This document shows positions 49,021 to 64,000 of a DNA stretch of 64,000 nucleotides, piece by piece (the stretch's first letter is position 1; the number at the start of each line of letters is the position of its first letter). Below the pieces are notes generated by a model. It made no database searches and was not told the DNA's origin. It saw nothing but the letters and a program-made list of their open reading frames with translations. This stretch comes from the human T2T-CHM13v2.0 reference genome, Homo sapiens. A program made the translations under genes and the position numbers. Location: NCBI RefSeq assembly GCF_009914755.1, contig NC_060936.1. One strand, 5' to 3'.

Positions 49021-50008
49021 CTGACAAGGAAAGGGGGGCCACATTACCTAAGGCTTGTGCAAATCAGAGTGGGAACTTGAGCCGACAAGGGCATCTCAGT
49101 CCATCCCCCTTCTCCTAGAAAGCCAGACTCTCCATCGCCCTATCCATGATCCCTCTAACTCTAGGAGACCCTGGCTGCTGGACTCATCGAGTGCTGCCAT
49201 TGTGCTGTTAGAAATCCAGTTCTGCAAGGGAAGGTTCTGATAGCAGAGTTAGGGGCTGCAGTGACCACTTAGCTATCTGTTTAAGACGAGCTTTGAATCT
49301 GGGCTTTCAGTGACATAATTACTTGAGGTCCTTGACTTGAGTAAAAAAATAAATTCTGATTATTATTATTCTTCTTAATGTGTACTCTACATGTTTCAAC
49401 AAATCTCAACCCACTTAATCTTGAAAACACAGCAGCCACACCATAGCTGATGGCTTTCTTGGATCCTGCAGCCCCCATCCTTTCTTGGATAGGAGACTAA
49501 CCATACAGCAAGCTGGCAGCTTGCAGGCAGCTTGCAGGATAAGAACCTGGGGACAGAGGGAGCCGCTGAAATAAAAAGAAGGATGTGCTTCAGTTGGACA
49601 TTTTGCAATTGAATTTCCCTTCCTTCTCCAAGAAAGAAGCTGAATAAAAATGAGCTTGTGTCAAATTTGATCCAAGTATACTAACTGATTCTCCCTACCC
49701 AGGCCTTGGGGGCTTCCCAGACTAATGGTTCCTAATGGTCTTACAAGGCATCAGATGGGCCAGTAATGCTGAAATAGTTAGTGCCACTGAGGATCTAACC
49801 AAGGCGATGGCAAAGAACACCAGGATGCTTGGACCGCAGTATATTGAGCTTGCACCCAGGCAGGGTCACGTGGAATCATCTAAGTGGTGAGCAGCATTTC
49901 TGCCCCCTTTATCGTGCATCCTGTCCGCTAGAGCAGGGCCCCTTCACCTTTTAGCCCTGCATGAGCCCAAACCCCCAAGCGTCCCGACTGGCTGCAGCTG
50001 GCACTCAC

Positions 50009-50354
50009 TGTAGGGGTTCTCCTCGTGGGTTCCGCTGATCCGGCCGTCGGGGAGCACCTGGAGGTGAAAGCCGATGCCCACGTTGCAGTAGAGCCTCCGC
50101 TGCCGCTTGATCCCCACCAAATAGCCACTTTCCCAGTTCACCCCGGCAATCTCTCCAGCTAGCCCCGCGCGAGACCTGGACAGCAGGGTGCCCCAGCCCC
50201 TCGAGTCCAGCAGCGTGTTGTTGGCACGGGTGCCTGCAGGCGAGGGCGCCACCATGCCCACTAGGATGCCTAGGAAGACGAGAGCCCACAGCGTGCCCTG
50301 CAGACGTCCTGCTCCCCGGGACATAGTGATGAACAGTTTCTGTCCCAGGGCCAT
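50009..50354 (-). CDS. FGF6: FGF6 coding exon 1 (aa 1-115 plus 1 nt): signal peptide, N-glycosylation sequon NNT, start of FGF beta-trefoil
   Basis: Translates MALGQKLFITMSRGAGRLQGTLWALVFLGILVGM...RRLYCNVGIGFHLQVLPDGRISGTHEENPY, which I recognise as FGF6. It ends at the donor ACA|GTGAGT (intron starts 50008) and is 346 nt long. In-frame alternative ATGs at M11 and M34. Confidence 0.98.
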
Positions 50355-50393
50355 CCACCTTGCCTCTCAGGCACGTGGTCAGAATTAATGGCC

Positions 50394-50432
50394 CTAAAAA
50401 TACCGCCCTTCTTGTTTTTCTCCCTCCGGCAT
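50394..50432 (-). other. Short uORF (MPEGEKQEGRYF*) in predicted FGF6 5' leader
   Basis: GCCGCC-ATG-C context, TAG stop 40 nt upstream of the main ATG. Confidence 0.6.
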
Positions 50433-50444
50433 GGCGGCAGGGGC

Positions 50445-50495
50445 TTATTTTTGGAAGGCAGATGAAGGCTGCTGACATGAAACCAAAGCCTCCAT
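50445..50495 (-). other. Short uORF (MEALVSCQQPSSAFQK*) in predicted FGF6 5' leader
   Basis: ATG at 50495 to TAA ending at 50445. Confidence 0.55.
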
Positions 50496-50594
50496 CGGGC
50501 ACTCGGGTTGAGAGCAGAGGGACCCAGGCTGAGCCGCGGCCGGTAGAGACCATGGCTCGGGGACGCTCTCTAGCTCGCCCGCTTGCTCCGTCCC

Positions 50595-50690
50595 TAGTTG
50601 ATGATATTTGATTTGACCTATCTTTATAGTTGCTTCAGCAGCCCGGCCCTCCCCTCCACCCATCATCGCCCTGACGTCAACCCGCCCAGC
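50595..50690 (-). promoter_or_regulatory. FGF6 core promoter: TATA-like box, palindromic CRE and GC box; TSS predicted near 50599
   Basis: Minus-strand TATAAAGA at 50621-50628, TGACGTCA at 50672-50679, CCCGCCC at 50681-50687, and a CA dinucleotide about 29 nt downstream of the TATA. Confidence 0.75.
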
Positions 50691-51269
50691 TCACTTATCC
50701 AGGGCTGTAACATTAACCTGCTCTTGGGCCTGGCTGCCTCCCCAGACCCCCATCACCCTCCACACTCCCCAGGGGTTCTGGGAGCCACTGTCATTCCAAC
50801 TATGAGGCAGGAATGAAGTGAGCAGGGAGCATCTCTGGGGGAGGGGGGAGCTGGCTGGGGGCCCAGGGAAAGAGAGAGGCGAGAGGCCACCCAGGACCCA
50901 TATTGGGCAGAAGTTCTTTGCCTGGCAGCGCTGGCTTCCTTATTTAGAGGGCAATAGGTAGAGGCAGGGATGGGAAAAGGCTTGTGGTAGTGATGACCGT
51001 AGCCTCAAGTCACCCTTGAGATCTTTTCATGGAAACAGCTCATGGTGGAGGGGAACACTGAAAGGCCAAACCCTTTCAGCAGGAGGGCACAGACATTCTC
51101 AGGGGGTGAGGATGGGGGTTGTTCAAGGAGCTTTAAGATTGTGGAGGGAAGGAGGGCAAGGGCAAGGTTTGCCTGCTCACTGTCCTGGTCCCAACATTCA
51201 CCTGGGGTGGAAGTTGTGTCTGGCCTTTGACACAGCCCCCTGGCCATTCTCCCTGGATTTATCCCTGGC

Positions 51270-51410
51270 ATGTGACTGATATTATTCCCATTTCACAGAT
51301 GAGGAAGTTGAGGCTTAGAGAGGATAAATGACCTGCCCGAGTTACCATAGCTAATAAGTAGCAAAGCCAGAGCTTCTAAGGTGTGCCTGAGTCTAAAGCC
51401 TGTGCATGTC
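51270..51410. mobile_element. MIR
   Basis: cccatttcacagatgaggaagttgaggcttagagagg...tgacctgccc. Confidence 0.75.
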
Positions 51411-52959
51411 TAATGCTTGCAGTAGAAGTTGGCTGGCCCATAGAGTCTGTTTAGCTCCTTAAATGCCAATAGCACATCACAGAGTTATTTCAGTAGCATA
51501 AAATGATTTATTTCTTAAAAAAAACTTGAGTGTCTTTGATGTACATGAGAACTTCTATATTTGCAGATAACTTTTGCTGGGCTGATATTACACTCAGAAA
51601 CTAGTAAAAATATTTCTGCCAGGAAGTTATTCCTACACTGATTTATCTTATTCCCATATTACTTTTAAATAGATTACATGTCTAACTGAAGTGAGAAAAA
51701 AAATGTAAAGCTACCAGAAAACTCACTGCACAAATTTCTATACAATATAAGACAGAACTATTAATACGTCTCTGAGGGTGAATAAGTTAACAAGGGTCGC
51801 TGGGGAATTGAATTAACTTGAGTTAAAAATCCTGTTTCTTGTACTTCAATCCAGGCCTTAATCTGTTGGTGAGACATTAGCACTGATTTTGCCGGGATTG
51901 GAGAGAGTATGTGTGGGGTGATGACAGTGGCATACAGATGGATTTGAGTGTCCTGAGCAGTAGAGCTGGTCCCAGCAGGCAGCTCCCTTAGCCACACTCT
52001 ACACCCACATTGCAGGCTGCAGGCAGCCTGGAAAAGCTCCTGGGGTGAGTTCCATGGCCCAAGGACTCTACTGAGGCACCACCGCCTTCCCTCTGATTCT
52101 AAACCTTCTGCTGTGCCCTGGGTCCCAGCCTCTGGTCTGTGGCTTCTACCTGCCTTCTCTCTGCCCTTCTGCCTCGTTCACTGGGTTCGATGCTTTGGTT
52201 CAAATTTCTGTCAAGCCATGTGTTTAGTGTTGCCCTAGACATGCCTTCTGAAATCCTGTGAAGCCCAGATGTCTGTCTTTACCCTCAGCTGGTAAACTGA
52301 ATGGGGAGGGACATAGGCACCACTTGTTCCTACTGTCACCACGGCCCCCTGACTTCCCCATTGGCTTCCTCTCCCTTCCACTGCCGTTGTCCCATACCCA
52401 ATCTCATCATCACCAGCACTGCCATTTCCCATGAGGAAAGATGATGCCTTATAGGCTCAGATTGAGTCTACTATGTAGGCCTTTGTTGGAAAACTGTTTT
52501 TAAAAATCCTTCTGCAAAGTAAAAGGTTCATGAATAATCCGAAGACAAAGTTGTCAACAAAAAGAACTTCACTTTGGATTTCCAGCTGGGTTTCATATAG
52601 TTAAGCTTTCATGGATGCAAGAGCAGTGGGGACACTTTCTCAGTGATGTTGTTTGGAATCTTGTGTTAATTATGCTGGTGGTCCTCACTTAGGGAAGAGA
52701 CAGTCCAGAAACATGTTGGATGGTAAGGAGAAGTCAGTCTGAAGTTAACACTTGCCTTGGATAATCGGAGAGGTGCTCACCAGCAGAGCTCAGAATCTCT
52801 GTGGAATTTCTTGGAACCCATCCACTTTGGGACTGCCTTAGGAGAGAGATTAAACTATAACAAGGTCCATGTCATATACCAATAAAAATGGTAACGCTCC
52901 TTAGATTCATCTCTTCCTGGATTCCTCTCTGTGCAGAGGTTCTGGTTGATGTCTCATAA

Positions 52960-53140
52960 AGCAATGGGCTTTGGAATGGGGACACCTGGATTTGAATCTC
53001 AACTCCACCATTTAGTAGCTGTGTGACCTTAGGAAAGTTCTGGACCTCTCTGAGCTTATTTTGTCATCTGCAAAATGATATCATTACTTCCTAAGGTTGT
53101 TACAGTGACTAGCAATAATACATACAACTGGCCAGTGCAG
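52960..53140. mobile_element. MIR
   Basis: acctggatttgaatctc...tagctgtgtgaccttagg...ctctctgagc...catctgcaaaatg. Confidence 0.75.
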
Positions 53141-55639
53141 AGCGCAGTATAGCTATTTCCCAGAAATTTCCCTGAAACACATTGAAAATCTCTCACCCAA
53201 TTAAAGAGGACAAAACCAAAGTGAGAAAGACCATCTCTCATCTCACGGTGTGGGAGAGACACGTGGGCTTCCAGTTCTTCATTGCCATCCGCCACAGCAT
53301 ATGTTGTGATGGCTGCTAACATATGCAGAAGCAGGCAGCCCAGATTCCTCAAATGTTCTGAAAACCAGTGAGAGCCTTGGTGTCGTCCCCTGTTAAATTT
53401 AAAACTTAAGTAATTCATGCTATTAAAAAGCCTGGGTCTTATTTTTATCGGGTGATGCGATGAGGCCCTGTTCTGAATGTACCTCCCCTGCCTGTCTCTA
53501 TAGCAACTTTACTGTGCTCATATAGCCATATATTTTTCCTGAAGGCTAATTAGGTTGACAACTGCTAGGTCTTCTTGGCTTACCAGATTTGCACTTGACC
53601 CTTCTCTTGGGGCTTAGGGACCCCTATGGATGTGAAGTGATAGAGAAAAGAGTAACAGGTGGAAGAGGCCTCTCTCCATGGACCCCTCTTGCAAATAGTT
53701 GGCCAACAGCCTTTGGGGATTGTCAATCACTCTCGCTGGATGAGCCAAGATCCAGTGGAGGTGAGTGGGAAAATACGTTAATGTCTATCTCCTCCCACAA
53801 CAGGGTCCTTGTCCCCAAGGGGGATACCACAAAATACAGATTTGTCAGATTTGGCAATGCTTAGCCACACCAACCTTCCGCATCATCTGCATGGCAGAAC
53901 TCCCTCCGTCACATCAGGTGGTTGCTCTCTGTGACTGCTGTGTGTTACATAATCAGGATCAAATGCCTGATGGGTGACCAAAAGGGAAAGCACATAAAAC
54001 TCAGATGAGCCTCATCCACGTAGATTGTGAAAAGCTGTGCTTACTTGTACTTTTTACATTTGGTTTTGAAAAACTAGCATTTGCCTTTTTCTATAGATAA
54101 TTTGGAAAATGTGGAAAATGATAAGGTGGAAAACAAAATAGCTGTTTGTGCTTAGTGTCTTTGTCTCTTTTGTCTCAAAGTCTGTCTTTGTGTGAGCTTG
54201 GCACAGCGGCCTTGAAGCCTCCCTGTATCTCCTCCCCATCTTGCTCAGACAGGCAGCTCTGCACCTATCCCTGGTTTTTTTAGTGGTAGAGATTGCTCAC
54301 AGGATTTAATCGGCATGAGATGGACATGTGTAGAGATGAGGATCGAGGAAGGATTCCTGCCCTAGGCCTGAGCAAAGAGGGACATTTGCAGCTCATAAAC
54401 TTGCTACATGAGGGAGAATTCAAGAGAAACAGTTTCAACTGATCAACAGTGTCCAGGTTGGACTTCCGCAAAGACAAGGCAGCCATTATCTTGCTAGCTA
54501 TTCCCTGGGGAAACCTAAACTTTGTACTTTCCTAGTAGAACTCAACTTTTCCCAGGCCTCACCCACTTACACAGTGGGAGCCATTAACAGTTATAATCCA
54601 CATTTCCCTAGTTCTTGCTTCTTCCAACTCATGTGGAACTTCACCCCACTACAAACCACCCCCAAGATATTTCTGCAGTTTCAGAGCATGTCTCACATAT
54701 GTTCACGAGCATGTGACTGCTTCTGCCTGGGCACATTGCCAGGCACCTGCGTGGATCTCCCTGTTCTCCAGCCTTTCCACCTCCTGCTGGGCAGCCCGGG
54801 GGTGTTCCCTTTCTCACTATAGCTCAGCACCTGAAGCCCTCAAGGAGCCAGAACTGCTTTATGTTCTGTTTCAAAGCCAGGAAGAATACCTTAGTCCCCG
54901 TCTTCATGTTATACCTATTAAGGAAATACCTGGCCAGTACTACTCATGCCCTGGCAATCTGCTGATTTGAAGTTCTTTTCAGACTCCTTGCCCTGCAAAG
55001 GACTCAGTCTTGTTATGGGTTAAGCTGATCAGGTGGGATTCCCATTTCCTTCCATGTGGATTATTTTTCTGGAGGCCCCTCAACCCCTCAGACAAATACA
55101 CTTCTGCTGGGGCCGGCCTATCTGCATTGTCTATATGTGTCTGAATCCTGGCTTGAGTTCAGACTGGAGACCCTGCCCCACTCCCAGAGACCCCTACAAT
55201 GGGGAGGGAAGGAGCCCCTGAACACGCAGCTTTGTGGTCTGGTTGGTCACCAAGTATTTGCAGAGTTTTCTGGGAGAAAGATTCTCCTCTCCACACTAGC
55301 AGTCATCTTCTTGCGTTAAAGTGCTTCTTGATCTATCCCTTCAATCTGAGCCCCATGTGGCTGTGTCTCTCAGCATGACTTCCTATCTCCTAGCGCTGTC
55401 TTTCTTCTCTGTCTCACTCATGCTCTTCCCTTCCCCCTCCTTACTATGCTCCAGCCATAGATGCAAGTCTAGAGGCTCAGCCAACTGCCAAGAAAGCAGC
55501 GCCTCAGGGCTGGCTGACCACCACGGCCACACATCTCAGCTGAATCTGCAAAGGGGCAGAGGAGTCAGATAACTTTCTGGAACTTCGGAACCTAAGGGAT
55601 TTTGGCTCCGCTCAGAGTTTTGCGGTTTCTCAGATTTGC

Positions 55640-56312
55640 CTCTCATGATCATCGTCTAATAATACCTGCTGCATGCTGAGGCGGGCATGCACCCTGCCAG
55701 CCACCATGCAAAGTTATGTAAAAGACTCAGCCCTTAGTGGCAGGCTCCCCAGTGTGACACAAAAAGGCCCTCCCTGTCCTGACCTCTCCCGGCCTCTCCA
55801 GCTCCATCCCCTGCCTCTCCCTCTCTGGGAATTTTTGCTTCAGCAACCTCAAATGGCCTGTTGTTCCCAGGCATACTGTGTGCTGTTTCTGCCTCTTGTT
55901 TTTGCTCAAAGTGTCCTCCCTTTGCCTGGTGAATTGCTTCCCTTTTAAAGAGTCAGCTTAAATGTCACCTCTGGAAGTAATCCCTGACAACCTTCCACCT
56001 GTCTCTAAACTGGATTCAGTGGCCTGTTCCCCTCCCTGCTTTCCCTGCCTCATTGATATTTCACGTGATTATGTTTGTCACTGCCCTTACTGGGTTTATA
56101 ACACTCTGACAACCCTGCCTCATTGATATTTCGCATGATTATCTCTGTCACTGCCCTTACTGGGTTTATAACACTCTGACAAGGTGCTGACTTTGATAGT
56201 GAAATCCTTAAGGCACCAATGGCGTCTTACCTGTCTCTGTATCTTCAGAACGGAGCACCGTGCCCGCCATGCAATACAGTTTATGAAATGTTTGAATAAG
56301 TGTTGTTGAATT
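55640..56312 (+). mobile_element. L2 3' fragment containing a 70-bp tandem duplication (56043-56182)
   Basis: cagcttaaatgtcacct...aataagtgttgttgaatt. The duplication is read directly. Confidence 0.65.
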
Positions 56313-57726
56313 AAAGGCTTTAAATCCATGGATTTCACTAGACGCGTTATTCTCAAACAAGGGCCAGCCCTCTGTAGAGGAGTGATCAGAATTTTGGTAG
56401 GAGTGGGATATTAATTTGAAAAAAGCACTTTCAATATAATGATTTGCATTTTGTCATTTAAAATAGTTACATTGAAGAATTCTGCTTTCACTATGATGGA
56501 GAAACTTGTATTGCACTTGCACTCCCGTAATAAACAAGAAGAAAATGGGACAAATGAAACAGCAGTTTTTAAACATTGGATAACAGGAAGCACAGGACTC
56601 TGACCCCTGAAAAAAAGGAAACAAATAAGATGGACCCCATGATCGCATCTTCTTTCTGCCTGGAGGCACTCTCCAGATCTCAGAGCAGGAAAGGAGAACC
56701 TACACAGAGTGCAGTGGTGACCGTGAGTGGAGGGTTCAGAGACTGAAGTTTGGCGAGGCTAAGGCAGTCACAATTTGCAAAGCAGAGGAAGCTGCGTAGA
56801 GAAAGGGCTGCAGAAATCGGTATATAGGTTTGCTCTTGTGTTTGTTGCTGAAAGCAAAGCCACACAAGTACGGATGAAACTCCATGAAATTAGGAAAAGC
56901 ACTGCCAGAAAGCAGTGAGGTGAGCAATCCTGAGTGCTCACACGGGGCAGCTTTGTTCAGACCAGCCAGGTGGAGAGGACTAGATGTTCTCAGCGGAGAG
57001 TATTCAGTACAGACCCCAGAAGGGTCCTGTCTTGGTAATAGGGATAAATAGGCTCTGCAGGAACTGGATTTATTCTTTTGCCCCAAATAACGAAAACATC
57101 GCAAAAACACATCAAAGAACAGTTTTCAAGACATTAGACACCAGGCAACAAAGAACAGTGATTCTTGAGAAATGAGAAGCTGAGATGAATCCTACACTTC
57201 TACCAGCTGACTGATTTAAGAGAGATTTCAGGCATGATGCAGGGAGAAGAAACCTTGTTGGATCCTGGAAAACACCTTGAATTGAGGAGATGAAGCTGAC
57301 TGAGAAAGACTAAGGCAAAGAGGGCTTTCAGGGAAGAGTACCAGAGAAGAGAGAGCTGCACAAAAAAAGAAGCTAGAGATGCATTGAGGGACCCCCCTCA
57401 AGTGGTCACAGAGTACTGATTAGCACATGTGTACACTACCTGAGGCTGGAGAAGGAACTAGGGAAAAAGATTAGAGGGAGCAGTATCTGGAGCTCGTACA
57501 AGACTGGAAACAGTACCTGTTCCCACCAGCCAGGCTAGAAAATATCCTCATTCCTGGGGTGTTGGGTTGAGTCTTGCCTCGCTAGTGGGGAATAATTATC
57601 CTCAGACCAAATGCTGCTCTGATCCCACCTAACAAATACTATAAGCAAACACAAAAAGGATCAATCTGTTTTCAAGTATATTAAATGCACTCTAGGAAAA
57701 AATTCAAGAATATTTATAGAACATCA

Positions 57727-58074
<348 letters not shown>

Positions 58075-59287
58075 TTATATTAAATTGACATATAGTAAAA
58101 AATGCCAAGTCATGCAGAGAGGTAGGATAATATGAGTCATAATGAGGAGAATAATAATAAAGTTGAAACCAACCTGGAATTAACACAGATGTTAGAATTA
58201 GCAGACAGAGACATTAAAACGGTTATCATAACTGTATTTAATATGTTCAAAAAGTTAAAGAGAAGAAATGTTAAGTAGAGACATGGAAGATGTAAAAAAG
58301 ATCCAAATCAAACTTCTGAAGATAAAAAGTACAATGCTTGAGATGAAAAATACACTGGACAGGTTTAATGACAGGTTGGACATTACAGTAGAAAGCATTA
58401 GTGAAAGTGAAAACATAACCATAGAAACTTTTCAACATGAATCACAGAGAAAAAAATAATCTAAAAAATGAACAGAACAGACTTCTGGGTTATGGTCCAG
58501 TATATAAGTAGCTTGAAAGTTGTCATTTGATCCTAACAACAAGTAAAAGCCCAAACACACTAAGAAATAATCAACACTTTTTCTCAAATTTGTTAGAGAG
58601 ATGATGTCATATGAGCTGTTGCTTGAAATACTGGAGAGACAGACAGGTGAATACAAAGAATCACAACTTGCTGGAGCAGACACCCAGGAGCTGAAACCTC
58701 CATGGAAACCAGAGCTGGGGCAGAGAAACCTGAGCTGTAATTGTTCAATTGTTGGAGGCTCAGTGAACAATACTGAGTGATAAAAACTCCATTGGAGGGT
58801 GGTTGGGGGCGGTACACTTTTGTGACTTTTGCCTCCAGAAGCTCTACCAGGTTCTCATGGTGGATATCAGAGAAATCTAGATCAAAAACACTGTAAGAGA
58901 AATGAAGAATGCCTTTGATGGGCTCATTAGTAGACTGGATGTGGCTGAGGAAAGAATCTCTGAACTTGAGGATTGACAATTGAAAATTAAAAGCAAAGGG
59001 AAGAATGAAAAAAACAGAACAGAATATCCAAGAACTCTGGGGCTACAGAAGATGTAATATATGCACAATGGGAAAGAAATAGAACCAATATTTGCAGCAA
59101 TAATGACCGAGAATTTCCCCAAGTTGATGTCAGAAGCCAAACCACAGATATAGAAAGTTCAGAGAACACCAAGCCAAATAAATGGCAAAAACTACATGTA
59201 GGAAATTATATTCAAATTTCAGAAAACTGAAGATAAAAAAAAATCTTGAAAGGAGCCAGAGGAAAAAACACCTTACTTACAGAGCAG

Positions 59288-60087
<800 letters not shown>

Positions 60088-60495
60088 GTCTTAATTTTTC
60101 TTTCATTTTTAAAGGATAATTTCACAGGGTACAGAACTCTAGTTTGGTGGATTTTTCTCTCAACACTTTAAATATTTCACTCCACTCTTATTTGCATGTT
60201 TTTTGAGGATGCCAGATATAATTCTTATCTTTGCTCCTGTGGGAACGAATAGATGTGATACCTTTCCTCACAAATCACAAGGTTCATGGCCAATGAGAAA
60301 AAAATGATTAATAGCAACAATGTATTCAATTATGTATGTTTATGTATGTATAAGATAATTATGTATACTTATGTAGAAATGAAATGAATAATTATACTAT
60401 TATACAGTAAATGGGAGGGAAAAATTAGAAATGTTTTATTATAAGGTACTTACACTATCTGTGAAGTTGTATTGTGCTATTTAAAAGTGAACTTG

Positions 60496-60965
<470 letters not shown>

Positions 60966-63405
60966 AAGTTAAATAAATAAACAAAGAAAAGCAAAAAGTA
61001 AAAGTGGGCTTGAATTTATTGTCAATGCATATTGCCAACACTAGTGCAACCACTGGAAAAAAAGTAAAAAAAAAAATAGTTGATATGCTAAGAAAGGAGA
61101 GAAAAGAGAATTATATAAAATATTCAATTAAAACTAAAAAAGGCATAAAAAGAGCAGACAACAAAAATAGGAACAAATACCAAGGACAATGAATAGAAAT
61201 AAAGGTACAAACATGAGAGATATTAATTCAAATATATCAATAATCACTCTAAACTTCAATAGTCTAAATATACTAATTAAAAAACAAAGATTGCCAGAGT
61301 GGATCCAAAAACAAGACCCAACTACATGTTGTCTACAAGAAATCCACTTTAAATACAAAAACATATATAGATTAAAAGTACAGGAGTGGAGAAAGAAATA
61401 CTCATTAACACTAATCAAAATAAAATGGGAGTAGCTATATTATTTCAGACAGTGCAGACTTCAGAGCAAGAAAACTTATCAGAGATAAAGCAGGACATTA
61501 TAGAATGATGAAGGTGTCAATACTCTAAGAAGACATAGCAATTCTTAATAAATGAATCCACTATTATAGGTAGTGACTTCAGCACCCCTCTATCAGAAAT
61601 AGACAGTTCTAGCAGGCAGAAAATCAGTAAGGGCATAGTTGAACTCAACAGCAACATCAATCACCTGAATATAATTTACATCTATAGACGACTCCCTCTA
61701 ACAACAGCAAATTTCACGTTATTCTCAAACATACGTGGGATATTCACCAAGTTAGACTAAATTCTGGGCCATAAAACACACCTGAAAAAATGTGAAAGAA
61801 CAGAAATAAAATAATGTCTGCTCTCAGACTGTAATGGAATTAAACTAGAAATCAATAACAGAACTATAGATGGAAAATCCCCAAATACTTGGAGACTAAA
61901 CAATGCACTTCCAAATAACACATGGGCCAAAGAAAAAATTTCAAGATAAATGTAAAAATACTTTGAACTAAATAAAAATGAAAAGACAACTTACTGAAAT
62001 TTGTGGGATTCAGTGAAAGCAGTGCTTTAGGGAAATTTACAGAATTGAATGTATGTATTTGAAAGGAAGAAATATCTAAAAATCAGTAATCTAGGATTAT
62101 TGATTTCACCTTAGGAAACTAGAAAAAGAATAGAAAATAAAATCCAAATAAAGAGCAAAAAATAATAAAAATTACAGTAGAAATTAATGAAATTGAAAAG
62201 AGAAAATCAATAGAGAAAACCAACAAAATCAAAAGCTGATTTTTGGAATGGGTTGATAAAATATATAAGCCTTTTGCCAAGCTAACTAAGAAGAAAAGAG
62301 AAAAGACACAAATTCCTAATGTAAGAAATGAAAGAGGGCACATCACTACAAGTTCCAAGGGCATTAAAAGGATAATAAAGGAAAATTATGAACAACTCTA
62401 TGCTCACAAATTTGACAACTTAGGTAAAATTAATCAAGTCCTTAGAAGACACAGTCTGCTAAAACTAAAACAAAAAAAAAATAGACAACCTACATAGGCC
62501 TATCTCTACTAAAAGAAATTGAATTAATAACTAATAATCTTCTAAAACAGCACTAGGCCCTTACAGATTTATCTGGTGAATTCTCCCAAACACTTCAGAA
62601 AGAAATTATACCAATTCACTACAAACTCTTCCAGAAGATAAAAAGAGGGAATCTTTTTTAATTCATTCTATGAGGCCCACATTACTCTAAACCAAATCCA
62701 GACAAGGACATTCAAGAAAAGAAAATCACATACTAACATCTCTCATGAAAATCGATGCAAAAATTCTCAGTGAAATATTAGCAAATTGAATTCCATTAAT
62801 TTATAAAAAGAATTTTACACCAGAACCAAATGCAGTTTATCTGAGGTATGCAAGTCTGTTGCAACATTCAAAAATCAATTAGTGTAATCCATCATATTAA
62901 TAGGCTAACAAAGAAAAATTACATAATTATATCATTAAATGCAGAAAAAAGCATTTGACAAAATCCAACATCTATCCACAATAAAGAAAACTCTTAGTTT
63001 ACTAGAAATGGAGGAGAACTTTCTCAACTTAATAAAGAACATTTACAAATGCCCAAGAGTTTACATCATACTTAATGGTGAGAAACTAGACGCTTTCCCA
63101 CTACTGTCAGAAATAAGGCAAGGATGTCTCCTTTAACCACTGCTTTTCAATTCATACTGGAAGTTCTAGCTCATGCGATAAAACAAGAAAAGAAAAGGTA
63201 TACAGATTGGGTAGGAAGAAAGAAAACCGTCTTTGTTTGCAGATAATATTATTGTCTATGGAGAAAAACTTTAAAAAATCAAAAAGTCTCCTAGAACTAA
63301 CAAGCAGTAATAACAGTTACAGGATACAAGGTTAATGTACAAAAGTTCATCACTTTCCTATATGTCAGCAATGAACAAGTGGAATTTGAAATTAAAAACA
63401 CATTA

Positions 63406-63770
<365 letters not shown>

Positions 63771-64000
63771 TTATGAGGAAAACTACAAAACTCTAATGAA
63801 AGGTATCAAAAAATAACAAATGGAGAGACATTTGATATTCATGGATAGGAAGACTCAATATTATCAAAATGTCCATTCTTCTCAACCTGATCTGTAGATT
63901 GAATGCAATATCAATTAAAATCCCAGTAAATTGTTTTATAGATATCAGCAAATTTATTCTAAAGTTTATATGGAAAAGCAAAAGACCCAGAATAGCCGAC

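Larger units (their letters stand above)
49980..50700. promoter_or_regulatory. CpG-rich region over FGF6 exon 1 and promoter
   Basis: Visibly higher GC and CpG density than the CpG-depleted flanks (judged by eye, not computed). Confidence 0.65.

Noticed and set aside
48836-50008. ORF extensions past the FGF6 exon 1 and exon 2 boundaries (ECQLQPVG..., MAPLSLSG..., VSSPGRG...)
   Set aside because: Read-through into introns beyond canonical splice sites.

Overview
Primate genomic DNA (human or great ape), rich in Alu, L1 and LTR repeats. It contains one protein-coding gene, FGF6, on the minus strand, with three coding exons (50009-50354, 48917-49020, 39000-39176) that splice to 208 aa through canonical GT-AG junctions. 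Its promoter has a TATA-like box, a perfect CRE and a GC box. From established human gene order, FGF23 should lie beyond the left edge and C12orf4 beyond the right. The rest is intergenic or intronic: about 25 Alus, THE1, MLT1, LTR12, MER41 and MER31 LTR elements, hAT DNA transposon relics, L2/MIR, and an old, fragmented L1 filling the last 7.5 kb. I see no prokaryotic-type or wholly new multi-gene system. The best candidates for novelty are: (1) an FGF6 leader with four upstream ATGs, one in strong Kozak context opening an overlapping frame that has only one stop across the whole CDS, and that stop is removed by an in-frame cryptic donor in exon 2; (2) a patchwork templated insertion in a MER41 LTR copied from 1.5 kb away; (3) several tandem repeats that multiply transcription-factor motifs; (4) an ~80-bp target-site-like duplication around an Alu and a micro-inversion. 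Repeat subfamily calls are from memory of consensus sequences and their boundaries are approximate.
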